Part shown: in pieces, positions 20,389 through 30,061 of the stretch
How the letters are laid out: each line of letters starts with the position of its first letter
Position numbering within the stretch: the stretch's first letter is position 1
Source: Treponema sp.
Lineage (GTDB): Bacteria > Spirochaetota > Spirochaetia > Treponematales > Treponemataceae
Length of the DNA: 64,000 nucleotides
Assembly: GCA_017470085.1 (NCBI GenBank)
Contig: JAFUFE010000114.1
Span: forward strand, 1,721 to 65,720
Reading direction: 5' to 3'
Program-made: the position numbers and the translations under genes
Notes under the pieces: model-generated
The model's database searches: none
Told to the model about the DNA's origin: nothing
What the model saw: the letters and a program-made list of their open reading frames with translations, nothing else

Positions 20389-22062
20389 CTACAGCGCACT
20401 ACAGAACGGGCGTTGGCGCTTTCTTCTGCACGATACATCGCCGTATATAATGAATCGTGCGCCGTTAAATACGGTATGCTGCACTTGGCCGTATGCTTTT
20501 GAACGGGAAAATTCCCCTCTACAAAAATCTGCCAACAGCATCGAACTGCCGTACGCAACAAGGTGCAGGCTGTCCTCTCCGCAGTGAACAGCCAACAGCA
20601 CGGCACATGCCAGATTATAGCCGATAAGTCCAATAATCACGGGAGAGACAATGCACATAATCAAACCGTACAGATACACCTTTTTGCTGTTACTGTATTC
20701 ATCGCCGTGCAACATTGCGATGCACCCGAATGACGACGGTAACAGGTATGCTGCCGCGCCGGCCATCGATGTACACAGGGCGATTGCCGCCGGATTGATA
20801 CGTCCACCGCTTGCAAGCCCGATGCTCACTCCCACCGTCGTCATCACCGTTATCGTTAACACATTCGACGCAAAGTTGGTCAAAAAAACGCTCACCATTG
20901 TAATAATCAGAACGACTACCAGCGGAGAAACGCGGTCAAGTACCGGTGTAATTTTTTCTGTAATAAAAACTGGGATGCCCGTTGCATCATTCGCCATAGC
21001 AGAACCAAGAAATACGCCGATAGAAATAAAAATCAGGATCCCCCAGTTTACATGGTGATTGACAATATCCTTTAAATCGATGATCGGTTTTTCATTTGTG
21101 CTTATAATCGACATCACCACGACTGCACAAATCGCCCAAAACGTAATGCCGTAACTGTTGATTGTGCCGACCCAGGGAGCATCGGTAAACATTCCCGCCA
21201 CGCCCGGCAGCATCCACATAATAACTGTTCCAAAGAACACAATAACCGTAATGAGTTCTTTTACCTGCATCGGCCCGCGATGTGCAAGCACTTTCTGTAC
21301 ATCAAAATCTTTGAACCGGCTCATGTCGGGATGCGCGGCAAAGCGCATAATAAGTGTCAGCGCCACAAACAGCACCAATCCTGTCGGCACGCCGACCACT
21401 AGATACGTAAACAGGCTAATCGGTACCCCCGTCGCTCCTTCATAAATCGCCATTCCAAGAATCGCAAGCGAATGAGAAATCGGTGTCATTAAACCGCCGA
21501 TGATAACTCCGTATACCACCATGATATTCGCAACATGCGGATACGCATCTTGCTCTGTATACCCCAGCTCCTGATACACCCGCCGCGAAAACATAAGCAT
21601 AAACGCAGTTGCAGGAATCTGGTCAATAAAGCTTGCGAGAATCAAACCGATGACTGCCATTGCCACGGTAAATGTCCACGGGCTTTTTGATACAAGCCGC
21701 ATGCTCATAAACCGGGCAACCAGTCGGTCGGTAAACCCTGACTCGTTGAGCGCATGCGTCATCACAAAGCTCATCAAAACAAAAAAGACAATCCAGCTGC
21801 CCATCGTCCCGCCGATGGCACCATTTAACGACGTTACACCGGTCCGGGACAGCAACACAATCGCAAGCACTGCCGGCCATACCGTGTCAACCAGTGAAAG
21901 CAATAGAATTGTCCCTATAAAGACACCCAACACCCGCATGCCAATAACGGTCATCGGCGGCGCTGGCGGAATAAACCAAAACGCCAGTATGACGGCAAAA
22001 CATATCACCGTTGTGATAATCGTCGGTTTTTTAAATTGGATTCGCTCTTTGCTGCTTTCCAT
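20389..22062 (-). CDS. DASS/SLC13-like (ArsB/NhaD superfamily) anion:cation symporter
   Basis: 557-aa polytopic protein with an FASNV hairpin-type motif. The last ~65 aa are non-hydrophobic and may be a read-through tail. Confidence 0.75.
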   Translation of the reverse strand: MESSKERIQFKKPTIITTVICFAVILAFWFIPPAPPMTVIGMRVLGVFIGTILLLSLVDTVWPAVLAIVLLSRTGVTSLNGAIGGTMGSWIVFFVLMSFVMTHALNESGFTDRLVARFMSMRLVSKSPWTFTVAMAVIGLILASFIDQIPATAFMLMFSRRVYQELGYTEQDAYPHVANIMVVYGVIIGGLMTPISHSLAILGMAIYEGATGVPISLFTYLVVGVPTGLVLFVALTLIMRFAAHPDMSRFKDFDVQKVLAHRGPMQVKELITVIVFFGTVIMWMLPGVAGMFTDAPWVGTINSYGITFWAICAVVVMSIISTNEKPIIDLKDIVNHHVNWGILIFISIGVFLGSAMANDATGIPVFITEKITPVLDRVSPLVVVLIITMVSVFLTNFASNVLTITVMTTVGVSIGLASGGRINPAAIALCTSMAGAAAYLLPSSFGCIAMLHGDEYSNSKKVYLYGLIMCIVSPVIIGLIGYNLACAVLLAVHCGEDSLHLVAYGSSMLLADFCRGEFSRSKAYGQVQHTVFNGARFIIYGDVSCRRKRQRPFCSAL

Positions 22063-22090
22063 AACGGTACCCCCTTGTCACCAATGCTTT

Positions 22091-22106
22091 TGCAAGAAAC
22101 GTGCCA
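22091..22106 (-). promoter_or_regulatory. Sigma-54 (-24/-12) promoter of the DASS permease gene
   Basis: Minus strand reads TGGCACG-TTTC-TTGCA, a full consensus. It lies 28 nt upstream of the ATG at 22062, with AAGGGGG as RBS. Confidence 0.82.
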
Positions 22107-22556
22107 AGTGCCAAACGGGGTAAAACGGATGTTTTATATGCAAATTTAGGCATTATTGGCTTTTGTATATATGCAATAATGCATATATACAACGTGCGAT
22201 GACTGCATGAGCCACGTGTGCCGCCCTGTTTACAAAAAGGAAAAATATAAATTCCCGCAAACTGCATTGTCCGCGTGAACTTAAAGGCGGCTGCCCCGCT
22301 CTTATGCTGACGGACAGCGTACACGCGCTCATCGTCCCCGCCGGCGGCACACTCGCGCGCGTCAGACAACATAATTTCTGATCGCATGGTGAGCCGCATA
22401 TCGTTGGGCACAGCGTGCGGCTATCTGCTGGTAAGACAGCTTGCGCGCAGTACAGCTGCCGCTTATACGTAACGATGTGTGCCCGCCACGTCCGGGGCAA
22501 ACTATCGGAAAAAATGCCCCTGCCAGAAGACACAGCCGGCCGAATTTTCGTATAGT

Positions 22557-22572
22557 TGGCACACAATTTGCT
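22557..22572 (+). promoter_or_regulatory. Sigma-54 (-24/-12) promoter of the CoA-transferase gene
   Basis: Plus strand reads TGGCAC-ACAAT-TTGCT; 121 nt upstream of the ATG at 22694. Confidence 0.8.
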
Positions 22573-22693
22573 AATATATTGATATACGCTCGCCGCTTTC
22601 TTTTTGAAATCGTCGGCTATACGATAAGCTCATTGTACTACACGGCATGCCCGTACAAAGCGGTAGCGCCGATCAGAATGGAGGATGTATTTT

Positions 22694-24256
22694 ATGAAAA
22701 TTATCACTGCACCAGAAGCCGCAGCGCTGCTGCAAGACAACACGACCGTTGCATTCGGCGGCTTCGGTTCATACAACGGTCCTGACGAACTGCTCCAAGC
22801 GGTTGCCGACCGATTTGCCCAGGAAGCACACCCAAAAGGATTGACCGCTGTCTGCGGCGTCAGTCCTGGAGACAACAGCAAAACGACACAACAAGGCTTA
22901 AACCGCATTGCGCGAACAGGACTGCTCGATACCGTTATTGCTGGACACCTTGCAAACCCGCCGTTGATTGCGGAACTCATCGGTACGAACCAAATCGCCG
23001 GATACGCAATACCGATCGGCGTCATGGTACACCTGTGGCGCGCAATCGCAGGTCATAAACCTGCCGTTATCACGCCGGTTGGACTTGAAACGTACGCTGA
23101 CCCCCGTATTGAAGGATGCAAGGCAAATCAAAAAGCAAGTGAGCAGAACCGAGACATCGTCAGCGTCATTACATTGGACGGAAACGAATACCTGAGCTAC
23201 AAGACCTTTCCCATACACGCCTGCATGATTCGTGCCACCTACGCAGATGAGGACGGAAATATTTCCATGGAGCAAGAAGGAACCGGCGACTATGCGTATG
23301 AAATAGCGGCTGCAACGCACAACAGCGGCGGCACGGTCATTGTACAAGTGAAAGAGATTGTTAAGCGCGGTACACTCAATCCAAAATCAGTGCGCATTCA
23401 CCACCCGATGGTTGATTACGTTGTTAAAAATACTGACCCAGCGCTCCATATGCAAAGTTACGCGTTCCATTATCGCCCCGAAGTCTCTGGTCAAGTGCAA
23501 GTGCCGCTCACGTCACTGCCGCCCATGCCACTGACCAACCGGAAAATCATTGCGCGCAGAAGTGCGCTGGAACTCACAAGCGGCTGCCTGATAAATCTCG
23601 GCATTGGTATGCCGTCTGGCATCAGCAGCGTTGCAAACGAAGAGGGGCTTGCCCACCACATGACGCTGTCCGTCGAGTCTGGGCCACAGGGGGGCGTTCC
23701 CATAGAAGGCATGGGGTTTAGCGGCGCCGTAAATCCTGAAATCATTTACAACATGGGTGATGTATTCGACATGTACGACGGCGGCATTTTAGACATGACG
23801 TTTTTAGGCGCCGCAGAAATCGACCAATACGGAAACGTCAATGTCTCCAAATTCGGCACGCGCTGCACCGGTCCTGGTGGATTCATCAATATTTCACAGA
23901 ATACAAAACAAATATTTTTTGTTGGCACTTTCACCGCAGGCGGGCTGGAAGAAAAAATCGAAGACGGGAAGCTTATTATCGTACACGAGGGGACCAGCAA
24001 AAAGTTCATCAACCGTGTGCAGCAAATTACATTTTCCGGACACTATGCGCGCACCCACAACCAGCAGGTTACCTTTATCACCGAACGCGCAGTTTTTAAA
24101 CTGACAGACAACGGATTACTGCTAACTGAAATAGCACCGCACATCGATGTCCAAAAAGACATTCTTGATCACATGGAATTTATACCAGCCATAGCGGACA
24201 ATCTACGATTCATGGACGAACGCATATTCCGCCCAGAAAAAATGGGACTTGCGTAA
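22694..24256 (+). CDS. Acyl-CoA:carboxylate CoA-transferase (propionate/acetate CoA-transferase, YdiF/Pct family)
   Basis: About 520 aa. MKIITAPEAAALLQDNTTVAFGGFG and the later SVESGPQGG / GPGGFINI segments are typical of the fused family I CoA-transferases. GGAGGA lies 9 nt before the ATG. Confidence 0.85.
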   Translation: MKIITAPEAAALLQDNTTVAFGGFGSYNGPDELLQAVADRFAQEAHPKGLTAVCGVSPGDNSKTTQQGLNRIARTGLLDTVIAGHLANPPLIAELIGTNQIAGYAIPIGVMVHLWRAIAGHKPAVITPVGLETYADPRIEGCKANQKASEQNRDIVSVITLDGNEYLSYKTFPIHACMIRATYADEDGNISMEQEGTGDYAYEIAAATHNSGGTVIVQVKEIVKRGTLNPKSVRIHHPMVDYVVKNTDPALHMQSYAFHYRPEVSGQVQVPLTSLPPMPLTNRKIIARRSALELTSGCLINLGIGMPSGISSVANEEGLAHHMTLSVESGPQGGVPIEGMGFSGAVNPEIIYNMGDVFDMYDGGILDMTFLGAAEIDQYGNVNVSKFGTRCTGPGGFINISQNTKQIFFVGTFTAGGLEEKIEDGKLIIVHEGTSKKFINRVQQITFSGHYARTHNQQVTFITERAVFKLTDNGLLLTEIAPHIDVQKDILDHMEFIPAIADNLRFMDERIFRPEKMGLA

Positions 24257-24319
24257 CAGGTAACAGGCGGCGGTGTACTCCGCGCCTACGCGCAGAATGC
24301 GCACAAGTGAATAGCTCGA

Positions 24320-24368
24320 ATAACGCACGAGCCCCTGAACGCTTTGCGTTCAGGGGCTCGTGCGTTAT
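24320..24368. terminator. Perfect 23-bp stem / 3-nt loop hairpin between convergent genes (likely bidirectional terminator)
   Basis: ATAACGCACGAGCCCCTGAACGC-TTT-GCGTTCAGGGGCTCGTGCGTTAT; lies between the CoA-transferase stop and the rpsG stop. No clear U-tract on either side. Confidence 0.6.
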
Positions 24369-24401
24369 AGCTTGTATTATACCCGTTTTGATGCCGAACG
24401 C

Positions 24402-24872
24402 TTACCACCGGTAATGCGCAAACGCCTTGTTCGCTTCGGCCATCTTGTGGGTATCTTCCTTTTTCTTGAACGCCGTCCCCGTGCTGTTGTACGCATCGAG
24501 CAGTTCGGATGCAAGCGTATCCGCCATGCCGTGGCCGTTCCGGTTTCGGGCAGCGGTGATGAGCCAGCGCATTGCAAGCGCTTCGCGGCGCGCATCTCGG
24601 ATCTCTATCGGCACCTGATACGTCGCTCCGCCAACACGGCGCGCCTTTACCTCAACCACCGGCTTAACGTTATCGATCGCCTTTAAGAAAACTTCAAGCG
24701 GATCTTTGTCAGTCTTGGCTTTTAATTTATCCATCGCCTGATAGACAATTTTTTTACAGACATCTTTTTTACCGGCAAGCATCATCCGCGTGACGAATTT
24801 CGACACTACCTTGCTGTTGTATTTTGCGTCGGGCACTACCGGCCGATCAATGGATTTTTTATGTCGTCCCAT
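24402..24872 (-). CDS. rpsG: 30S ribosomal protein S7
   Basis: 156-aa ORF with [14 protein letters not shown] and a C-terminal HYRW. Confidence 0.96.
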   Translation of the reverse strand: MGRHKKSIDRPVVPDAKYNSKVVSKFVTRMMLAGKKDVCKKIVYQAMDKLKAKTDKDPLEVFLKAIDNVKPVVEVKARRVGGATYQVPIEIRDARREALAMRWLITAARNRNGHGMADTLASELLDAYNSTGTAFKKKEDTHKMAEANKAFAHYRW

Positions 24873-24883
24873 CGTGTTCCCCC

Positions 24884-25258
24884 TTACGCCTTCGGCCGTT
24901 TTGCGCCGTACTTCGAGCGGCCGCGTTTACGTCCTTCAACACCGAGCGTGTCTTTGGTCCCGCGGATAATGTGATAGCGCACGCCCGGCAGATCCTTCAC
25001 ACGACCACCGCGTACCAGTACCACCGAGTGCTCCTGAAGATTGTGTCCAATCCCCGGAATATACGCCGTCACTTCCGTACCGTTGCTCAACTTCACACGG
25101 GCAATTTTCCGGAGTGCTGAATTCGGCTTTTTGGGAGTCATCGTCATCACGCGCGTGCATACGCCCCGTTTCTGCGGGCAGGAATCAAGCGCCGGCGCTT
25201 TGGTTCTGTTTGCGGCAGATTTTCGCCGCTGATGAATCAACTGATTAATTGTAGGCAT
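24884..25258 (-). CDS. rpsL: 30S ribosomal protein S12
   Basis: ATG at 25258 gives MPTINQLI...; KKPNSALRK motif present. The ORF track extends 18 codons upstream. Confidence 0.96.
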   Translation of the reverse strand: MPTINQLIHQRRKSAANRTKAPALDSCPQKRGVCTRVMTMTPKKPNSALRKIARVKLSNGTEVTAYIPGIGHNLQEHSVVLVRGGRVKDLPGVRYHIIRGTKDTLGVEGRKRGRSKYGAKRPKA

Positions 25259-25328
25259 TGCCCTCTCCTCTTCTTCACATGCATTTCCAGTCAGCACCCT
25301 GGACACCCGCATAACAGGCGGGAAATTA

Positions 25329-25358
25329 ATTTTACCGTAATCTCGGTGTCTCCGTCAA
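25329..25358 (-). promoter_or_regulatory. Candidate sigma-70 promoter TTGACG-N18-TAAAAT for rpsL-rpsG
   Basis: Minus-strand TTGACG at 25358-25353 and TAAAAT at 25334-25329; about 70 nt upstream of the rpsL ATG. Confidence 0.45.
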
Positions 25359-25687
25359 GAACACACCAAACACTCATTCGGGAGCATCCTGTTCGGCAAA
25401 CCGCCCTTTCAGGATTCCGTTTGTCACTGCATTCCCACCGGACTAATAGCCCGGCGGGAACGCCGTGCTGCCCGACCGATCTGCCGCCAGCCTGACGGCT
25501 GTCAAGACAGGCAGGACGGCAGCCGGCGTCCTTACAGGGCGGGCTCAACGGGTACCCACATCCGCTGTACCATTGGCAAGACACATCGGCATGTTTTCAG
25601 TACACGCACACATCCAAAAGTTGCCTTACGAAGCGCTCCGTCATGCCCCTTTCAGGGAACGCACCGCGCCCGGAAACACCACTGCCG

Positions 25688-28600
25688 TTAGTCTGCATCC
25701 TCCACATCAACATCAAAGCTCGGCTCTTCAATCTGTGCCAAAAGCTCTTTTTCTTCGGCAGCGCGACGTGCCAAAATTTCTTCCATCTGCACGTCAAGGT
25801 TGTTATTGCTTTCGTCGAACAATTTCATACCGCGGTAATTCTTTATGCCTGTTCCGGCGGGAATCATATGCCCGATTGCCACGTTTTCCTTGATGCCGTG
25901 CAAACCGTCAACCGCACCCGCAATTGCCGCGTTGGTCAGCACGCGTGTAGTTTCTTGGAACGACGCGGCAGAGATAAACGAATCCACTCCGAGCGACGCC
26001 TTTGTGATTCCTTGGAACATCGGGCGGCCGATCGCCGGTTGCCCCCCCTCTTTAATCACGCGACGGTTTTCCTCGTGGAACTTGTATTTGTCTACCTGCT
26101 GTCCAAAGATAAAGCGCGTATCGCCCACCGCAATGATTTCTACTTTACGGAGCATCTGCCGCACGATGATACCGATGTGTTTGTCGTTGATGCCAACGTC
26201 CTGTGCACGGTACACCTGTTGAATTTCATCCATGAGATATTCTTGCAGCGCGTTTTCACCGAGAATATTGAGCACATCGTGCGGGCTCGGACTGCCGTCG
26301 CACAGCGGCTCTCCTGCCTTTACTTTGTCTCCGTCGCGCACCAACATACGGCGTGCCGTCGGAACATTGTGCGTAAACTGATTGTTGAATTCGTCTTCAA
26401 CAATAACGACGCGTTTTCCTTTGATGATATTTTTAATTTTAACCGTACCAGCAATGCTCGCCAGCACACACGGAATTTTCGGCTTACGCGCTTCGAACAG
26501 TTCGGACACACGCGGCAGTCCTCCGGTGATGTCGTTTGTCTTTGCGGCTTGTTTTGGCATCTTTGCCAAAAGCGTCCCCGCTTTGACTTTCTTTTTGTCA
26601 TCAACTTGCAGTACTGCACCGGCCGGTAAATGATAGCTGCCGAATTCATTTCCTGCTTCGTCGGTAATCAAAATACGCGGCTGCTTCACGTCAAGATGAA
26701 CATCCGTAATCATGCGTTCAACAGAGCCCGTTGCAACATGTACCTTTTCTTCAAGCGTTGAACCAACGATGATGTCCTCATAGTGAATGTAGCCGTCGCT
26801 TTCAGCTATAATCGGCTCGCTGTACGGGTCAAACGTTCCAATCGGCTCATCTGCCGCAACAATGTCACCAGCCTGTGCGGTGATTGTCGAACCAGTCGTA
26901 ATGTCAACGGCGATGTCTTTGCCAAGCACCAGCAGTTCACCACCTTGTATCATGACGCGGCCGGTCGCTGCCGCAACAACTGGAGCATCCGCCGCTTTAA
27001 TCAAAACGGTACCGCTCATCACCATATCGCCGTCCTTGACCGCCGTCTTTTCACCCTTGGCAAGCGGATGCCGTTCGAGCACGCGCACCGCAGTCAGCAC
27101 GCCTTTCCGCGTAAACAGACGGTTGCCCTTCTGTTCAACCGACGTACCACTCATATCTTTGATGAGCACCGGATACTTCAGGACAATCTTGTCTTCTTTT
27201 GTTGTCGTCTCCGCGGTACCACCGGAATGGAACGTGCGGAGCGTCAGCTGCGTTCCCGGCTGACCGATGGACTGGGCAGCAACAATGCCAACCGCTTCTC
27301 CGATTTCCACGATTTTGTTGCGCGCCAAATTCTGACCATAACACTTGATGCAGATACCGTGCTGTGCTTCACAGGTTAGCACGGTGCGCAGCTTTACTTT
27401 TTCTACGCCGGCATCTTCAATTTTTTTTGCCATATCCTCATCGATGTAGGCGTTTACATCGCAGAGCAATTCACCCGTAATCGGATGAAGCACGCGTTCA
27501 ATCGTAAAATGCCCAACGATACGCGTTGAAAGCGGCACGATGATTTCATCTCCGTTTTTAATTGCCGCATAGTCGATGCCGTTGATTGTGCCACAGTCTT
27601 CTTCGTTTATAACAACATCCTGCGCCACGTCAACAAGGCGACGCGTCATATAGCCGGCATCCGCTGTCTTCAGCGCTGTGTCGGAAAGACCTTTGCGCGC
27701 GCCGTTCGTCGAAATAAAAAACTCCAACACGGACAGCCCTTCCTTAAAGTTCGACCGCACAGGAAGCTCAATCAAATCGCCGTTCGGCTTCGTCATCAGA
27801 CCGCGCATTGCAGCTAGCTGCGAAATTTGCTTTTTCGAGCCACGTGCGCCGGAATCAGCCATCATGTAAATCGTATTGAAGCCGTCTTTGTGCGCTTTGA
27901 AGTTGTCCATCATGATATTGGTCAAATCGTTTGTTGCGCGCGTCCACACGTCGGTTACGCGGTTTTTACGTTCGCCGCCAGAAATCTGCCCTTTATTGTA
28001 CTGACCGATGATGTCTTCCACTTCTTTGTTCGCTTTATCAACGATGCCTTTCTTCTCTTTCGGAATAATGATGTCATCCATGGAGAGCGTTGCACCGTAG
28101 AACGTTGCGTTTTTGTAGCCAACTGCCTTGATTGCATCGAGCATCTGAATCGTGAGCCATGCCCCCTGTACATGGTACACGTCTTCTATCATACCGCGCA
28201 ATTTTTTGTCGTTCATCTGTTCGTTGTAAAATTCAACGGCGTCGGGCATCGCTTCATTGAATGCAAGCCGCCCCGCAGATGTTACGATATACGGATTGTC
28301 CGGCTCTGGATCCGCATGCACCATTTTGCCGAGCACGTCTTTACGCAGTTTGACTTCTGCCTGCCATTCAATGCTCCCGATTTCTGCGGCCATGCGCACT
28401 TCATCCGGCGTACTGAAAAATTTGCCGGCACCTTTTGCGTTCGGCTTGAGCGCCGTCATATAATAGATGCCGAGCACCATGTCCTGCGATGGATAGACAA
28501 TCGTGTTGCCGTTTGCCGGATCAAGCAAGTTGCGCGCAGAGAGCATAAGTGTCCAACATTCCATCTGCGCGGCTTGCGTAAGCGGCACGTGCACCGCCAT

Positions 28601-29962
28601 CTGGTCGCCGTCAAAGTCCGCATTGAACGACTTACACGTCAGCGGATGCAGCCGTATCGCTTTGCCTTCTACAAGTACCGGTTCAAACGCCATGATGCCA
28701 AGACGGTGGAGCGTCGGTGCACGGTTCAGCAAAACGGGGTGCTCGCGCACCACTTCATCGAGGATCGCAAATACTTCCGGCGCCTCCGACTCAATAAGCG
28801 TCTTCGCTTTTTTGATGTTGCCGACCACGCCTTTATCAACGAGCTTTTTCATGATGAACGGCTTGAACAACTCAAGCGCCATTTTGGTCGGCAGCCCGCA
28901 CTGCCACAGTTTCAGCTCCGGTCCCACAACAATAACCGACCGCCCCGAATAGTCGACGCGCTTTCCGAGCAGGTTTTGGCGGAACCGCCCCTGTTTGCCT
29001 TTGAGCATATCACTGATCGACTTAAGTGGACGATTTGATGCCCCTTTTACAACGCGTTTGCGTTTAGAATTGTCAAAGAGCGCGTCGACCGCTTCTTGCA
29101 ACATGCGTTTTTCGTTCCGGATGATAATGTCCGGCGCGTTGAGCTGCAAAAGACGACGGAGCCGGCTGTTCCGGTTGATGACGCGGCGATACAAATCGTT
29201 TAAATCGCTCGTGGCAAACCGCCCGCCGTCAAGCTGCACCATGGGGCGCAACTCCGGTGGAATGACGGGAATCACGTCAAGAATCATCCACGACGGCTTG
29301 TTGCCCGACGTCCGGAAATGCTCGACAATTTCAATGCGCTTTAAAAGCCGCTTGTCACTTTTGGCGCCTTTTTCAATCATTTTGGCGCGAAGCTCAGCGG
29401 CGAGCGCATCAAGATCAAGATTTTCAAGCAAGGTTTTAATCGCTTCCGCGCCCATGTCCGCAGTAAACGAACCACCAGAACGCTCCTGCGCTTCAAGATA
29501 TTCGTCCTCCGTCAAAAGCTGCATCTTCTTGAGTTCGGTGTCGCCCGGATCGATGACGATATATTTTTCATAATACAATACCGAACGGAGCGCATTCACC
29601 TGTAAATCAAGCAGCAGTCCCATGCGGCTCGGCACCGATCGGTAGTACCAGATGTGGCTGACGGGAGCGGCAAGCTCAATGTGCCCTGTACGCTCGCGGC
29701 GCACGGTAAAGTCGGTCACCTCAACTCCGCACCGGTCGCAGATTACCCCTTTATACCGCACCGACTTAAATTTACCGCAATAGCATTCCCACTGTTTGGT
29801 CGTGCCGAAAATGCGCTCGCAGAACAGGCCGTCGCGCTCAGGACGCAGCGTCCGGTAGTTGATGGTCTCCGCTTTTTTCACCTCGCCGTATGACCACTTA
29901 CGGATCGTATCCGGTGAAGCAAGCTGTATTTTCAATCTGTCAAAATCTTGAATATCACGCAT
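25688..29962 (-). CDS. rpoC: DNA-directed RNA polymerase subunit beta'
   Basis: 1424-aa ORF with NADFDGDQM catalytic motif and a zinc-binding CxCGK...C..C N-terminus. Confidence 0.98.
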   Translation of the reverse strand: MRDIQDFDRLKIQLASPDTIRKWSYGEVKKAETINYRTLRPERDGLFCERIFGTTKQWECYCGKFKSVRYKGVICDRCGVEVTDFTVRRERTGHIELAAPVSHIWYYRSVPSRMGLLLDLQVNALRSVLYYEKYIVIDPGDTELKKMQLLTEDEYLEAQERSGGSFTADMGAEAIKTLLENLDLDALAAELRAKMIEKGAKSDKRLLKRIEIVEHFRTSGNKPSWMILDVIPVIPPELRPMVQLDGGRFATSDLNDLYRRVINRNSRLRRLLQLNAPDIIIRNEKRMLQEAVDALFDNSKRKRVVKGASNRPLKSISDMLKGKQGRFRQNLLGKRVDYSGRSVIVVGPELKLWQCGLPTKMALELFKPFIMKKLVDKGVVGNIKKAKTLIESEAPEVFAILDEVVREHPVLLNRAPTLHRLGIMAFEPVLVEGKAIRLHPLTCKSFNADFDGDQMAVHVPLTQAAQMECWTLMLSARNLLDPANGNTIVYPSQDMVLGIYYMTALKPNAKGAGKFFSTPDEVRMAAEIGSIEWQAEVKLRKDVLGKMVHADPEPDNPYIVTSAGRLAFNEAMPDAVEFYNEQMNDKKLRGMIEDVYHVQGAWLTIQMLDAIKAVGYKNATFYGATLSMDDIIIPKEKKGIVDKANKEVEDIIGQYNKGQISGGERKNRVTDVWTRATNDLTNIMMDNFKAHKDGFNTIYMMADSGARGSKKQISQLAAMRGLMTKPNGDLIELPVRSNFKEGLSVLEFFISTNGARKGLSDTALKTADAGYMTRRLVDVAQDVVINEEDCGTINGIDYAAIKNGDEIIVPLSTRIVGHFTIERVLHPITGELLCDVNAYIDEDMAKKIEDAGVEKVKLRTVLTCEAQHGICIKCYGQNLARNKIVEIGEAVGIVAAQSIGQPGTQLTLRTFHSGGTAETTTKEDKIVLKYPVLIKDMSGTSVEQKGNRLFTRKGVLTAVRVLERHPLAKGEKTAVKDGDMVMSGTVLIKAADAPVVAAATGRVMIQGGELLVLGKDIAVDITTGSTITAQAGDIVAADEPIGTFDPYSEPIIAESDGYIHYEDIIVGSTLEEKVHVATGSVERMITDVHLDVKQPRILITDEAGNEFGSYHLPAGAVLQVDDKKKVKAGTLLAKMPKQAAKTNDITGGLPRVSELFEARKPKIPCVLASIAGTVKIKNIIKGKRVVIVEDEFNNQFTHNVPTARRMLVRDGDKVKAGEPLCDGSPSPHDVLNILGENALQEYLMDEIQQVYRAQDVGINDKHIGIIVRQMLRKVEIIAVGDTRFIFGQQVDKYKFHEENRRVIKEGGQPAIGRPMFQGITKASLGVDSFISAASFQETTRVLTNAAIAGAVDGLHGIKENVAIGHMIPAGTGIKNYRGMKLFDESNNNLDVQMEEILARRAAEEKELLAQIEEPSFDVDVEDAD

Positions 29963-30061
29963 AATAACTCCCTCTCAAAAATGCCAGTCATCTAATGCAG
30001 GCACGCCGAGCGTTCTGCAAACGGCACCGATACTGCCCCCGCCTACTGACACAAACAGCCG

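Noticed and set aside
20389-20590. The ~65-aa non-membrane C-terminal tail of the DASS permease, ending 4 nt from the convergent activator gene stop.
   Set aside because: It could be a lost stop codon or read-through. I see no homopolymer or frameshift signature and cannot test it without homologues, so I did not treat it as a finding.
5050-21880. Many alternative-frame ORFs nested inside ribosomal, transporter and enzyme genes (for example 5050..5247, 10660..10893, 13437..14072, 14079..14648, 21623..21880).
   Set aside because: Each lies inside a gene with a clear family assignment on the same or the opposite strand. I saw no independent signal for overlapping genes.
22031-22566. ORFs 22031..22411 and 22153..22566 (minus) and 22441..22785 (plus) in the divergent intergenic region.
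   Set aside because: They overlap each other and the sigma-54 promoters, have implausible composition and lack an RBS. The region is better explained as regulatory DNA.
25259-25687. RNase P RNA, tmRNA or SRP RNA in the GC-rich rpoC-rpsL spacer.
   Set aside because: I looked on both strands for GAGGAAAGTCCGGGC and ACAGAA(C)CCGGCTTA (RNase P), a tRNA-like 3' end with GGTTCGAATCC (tmRNA), and the GGAA/AGCA domain IV core (SRP). None was found.
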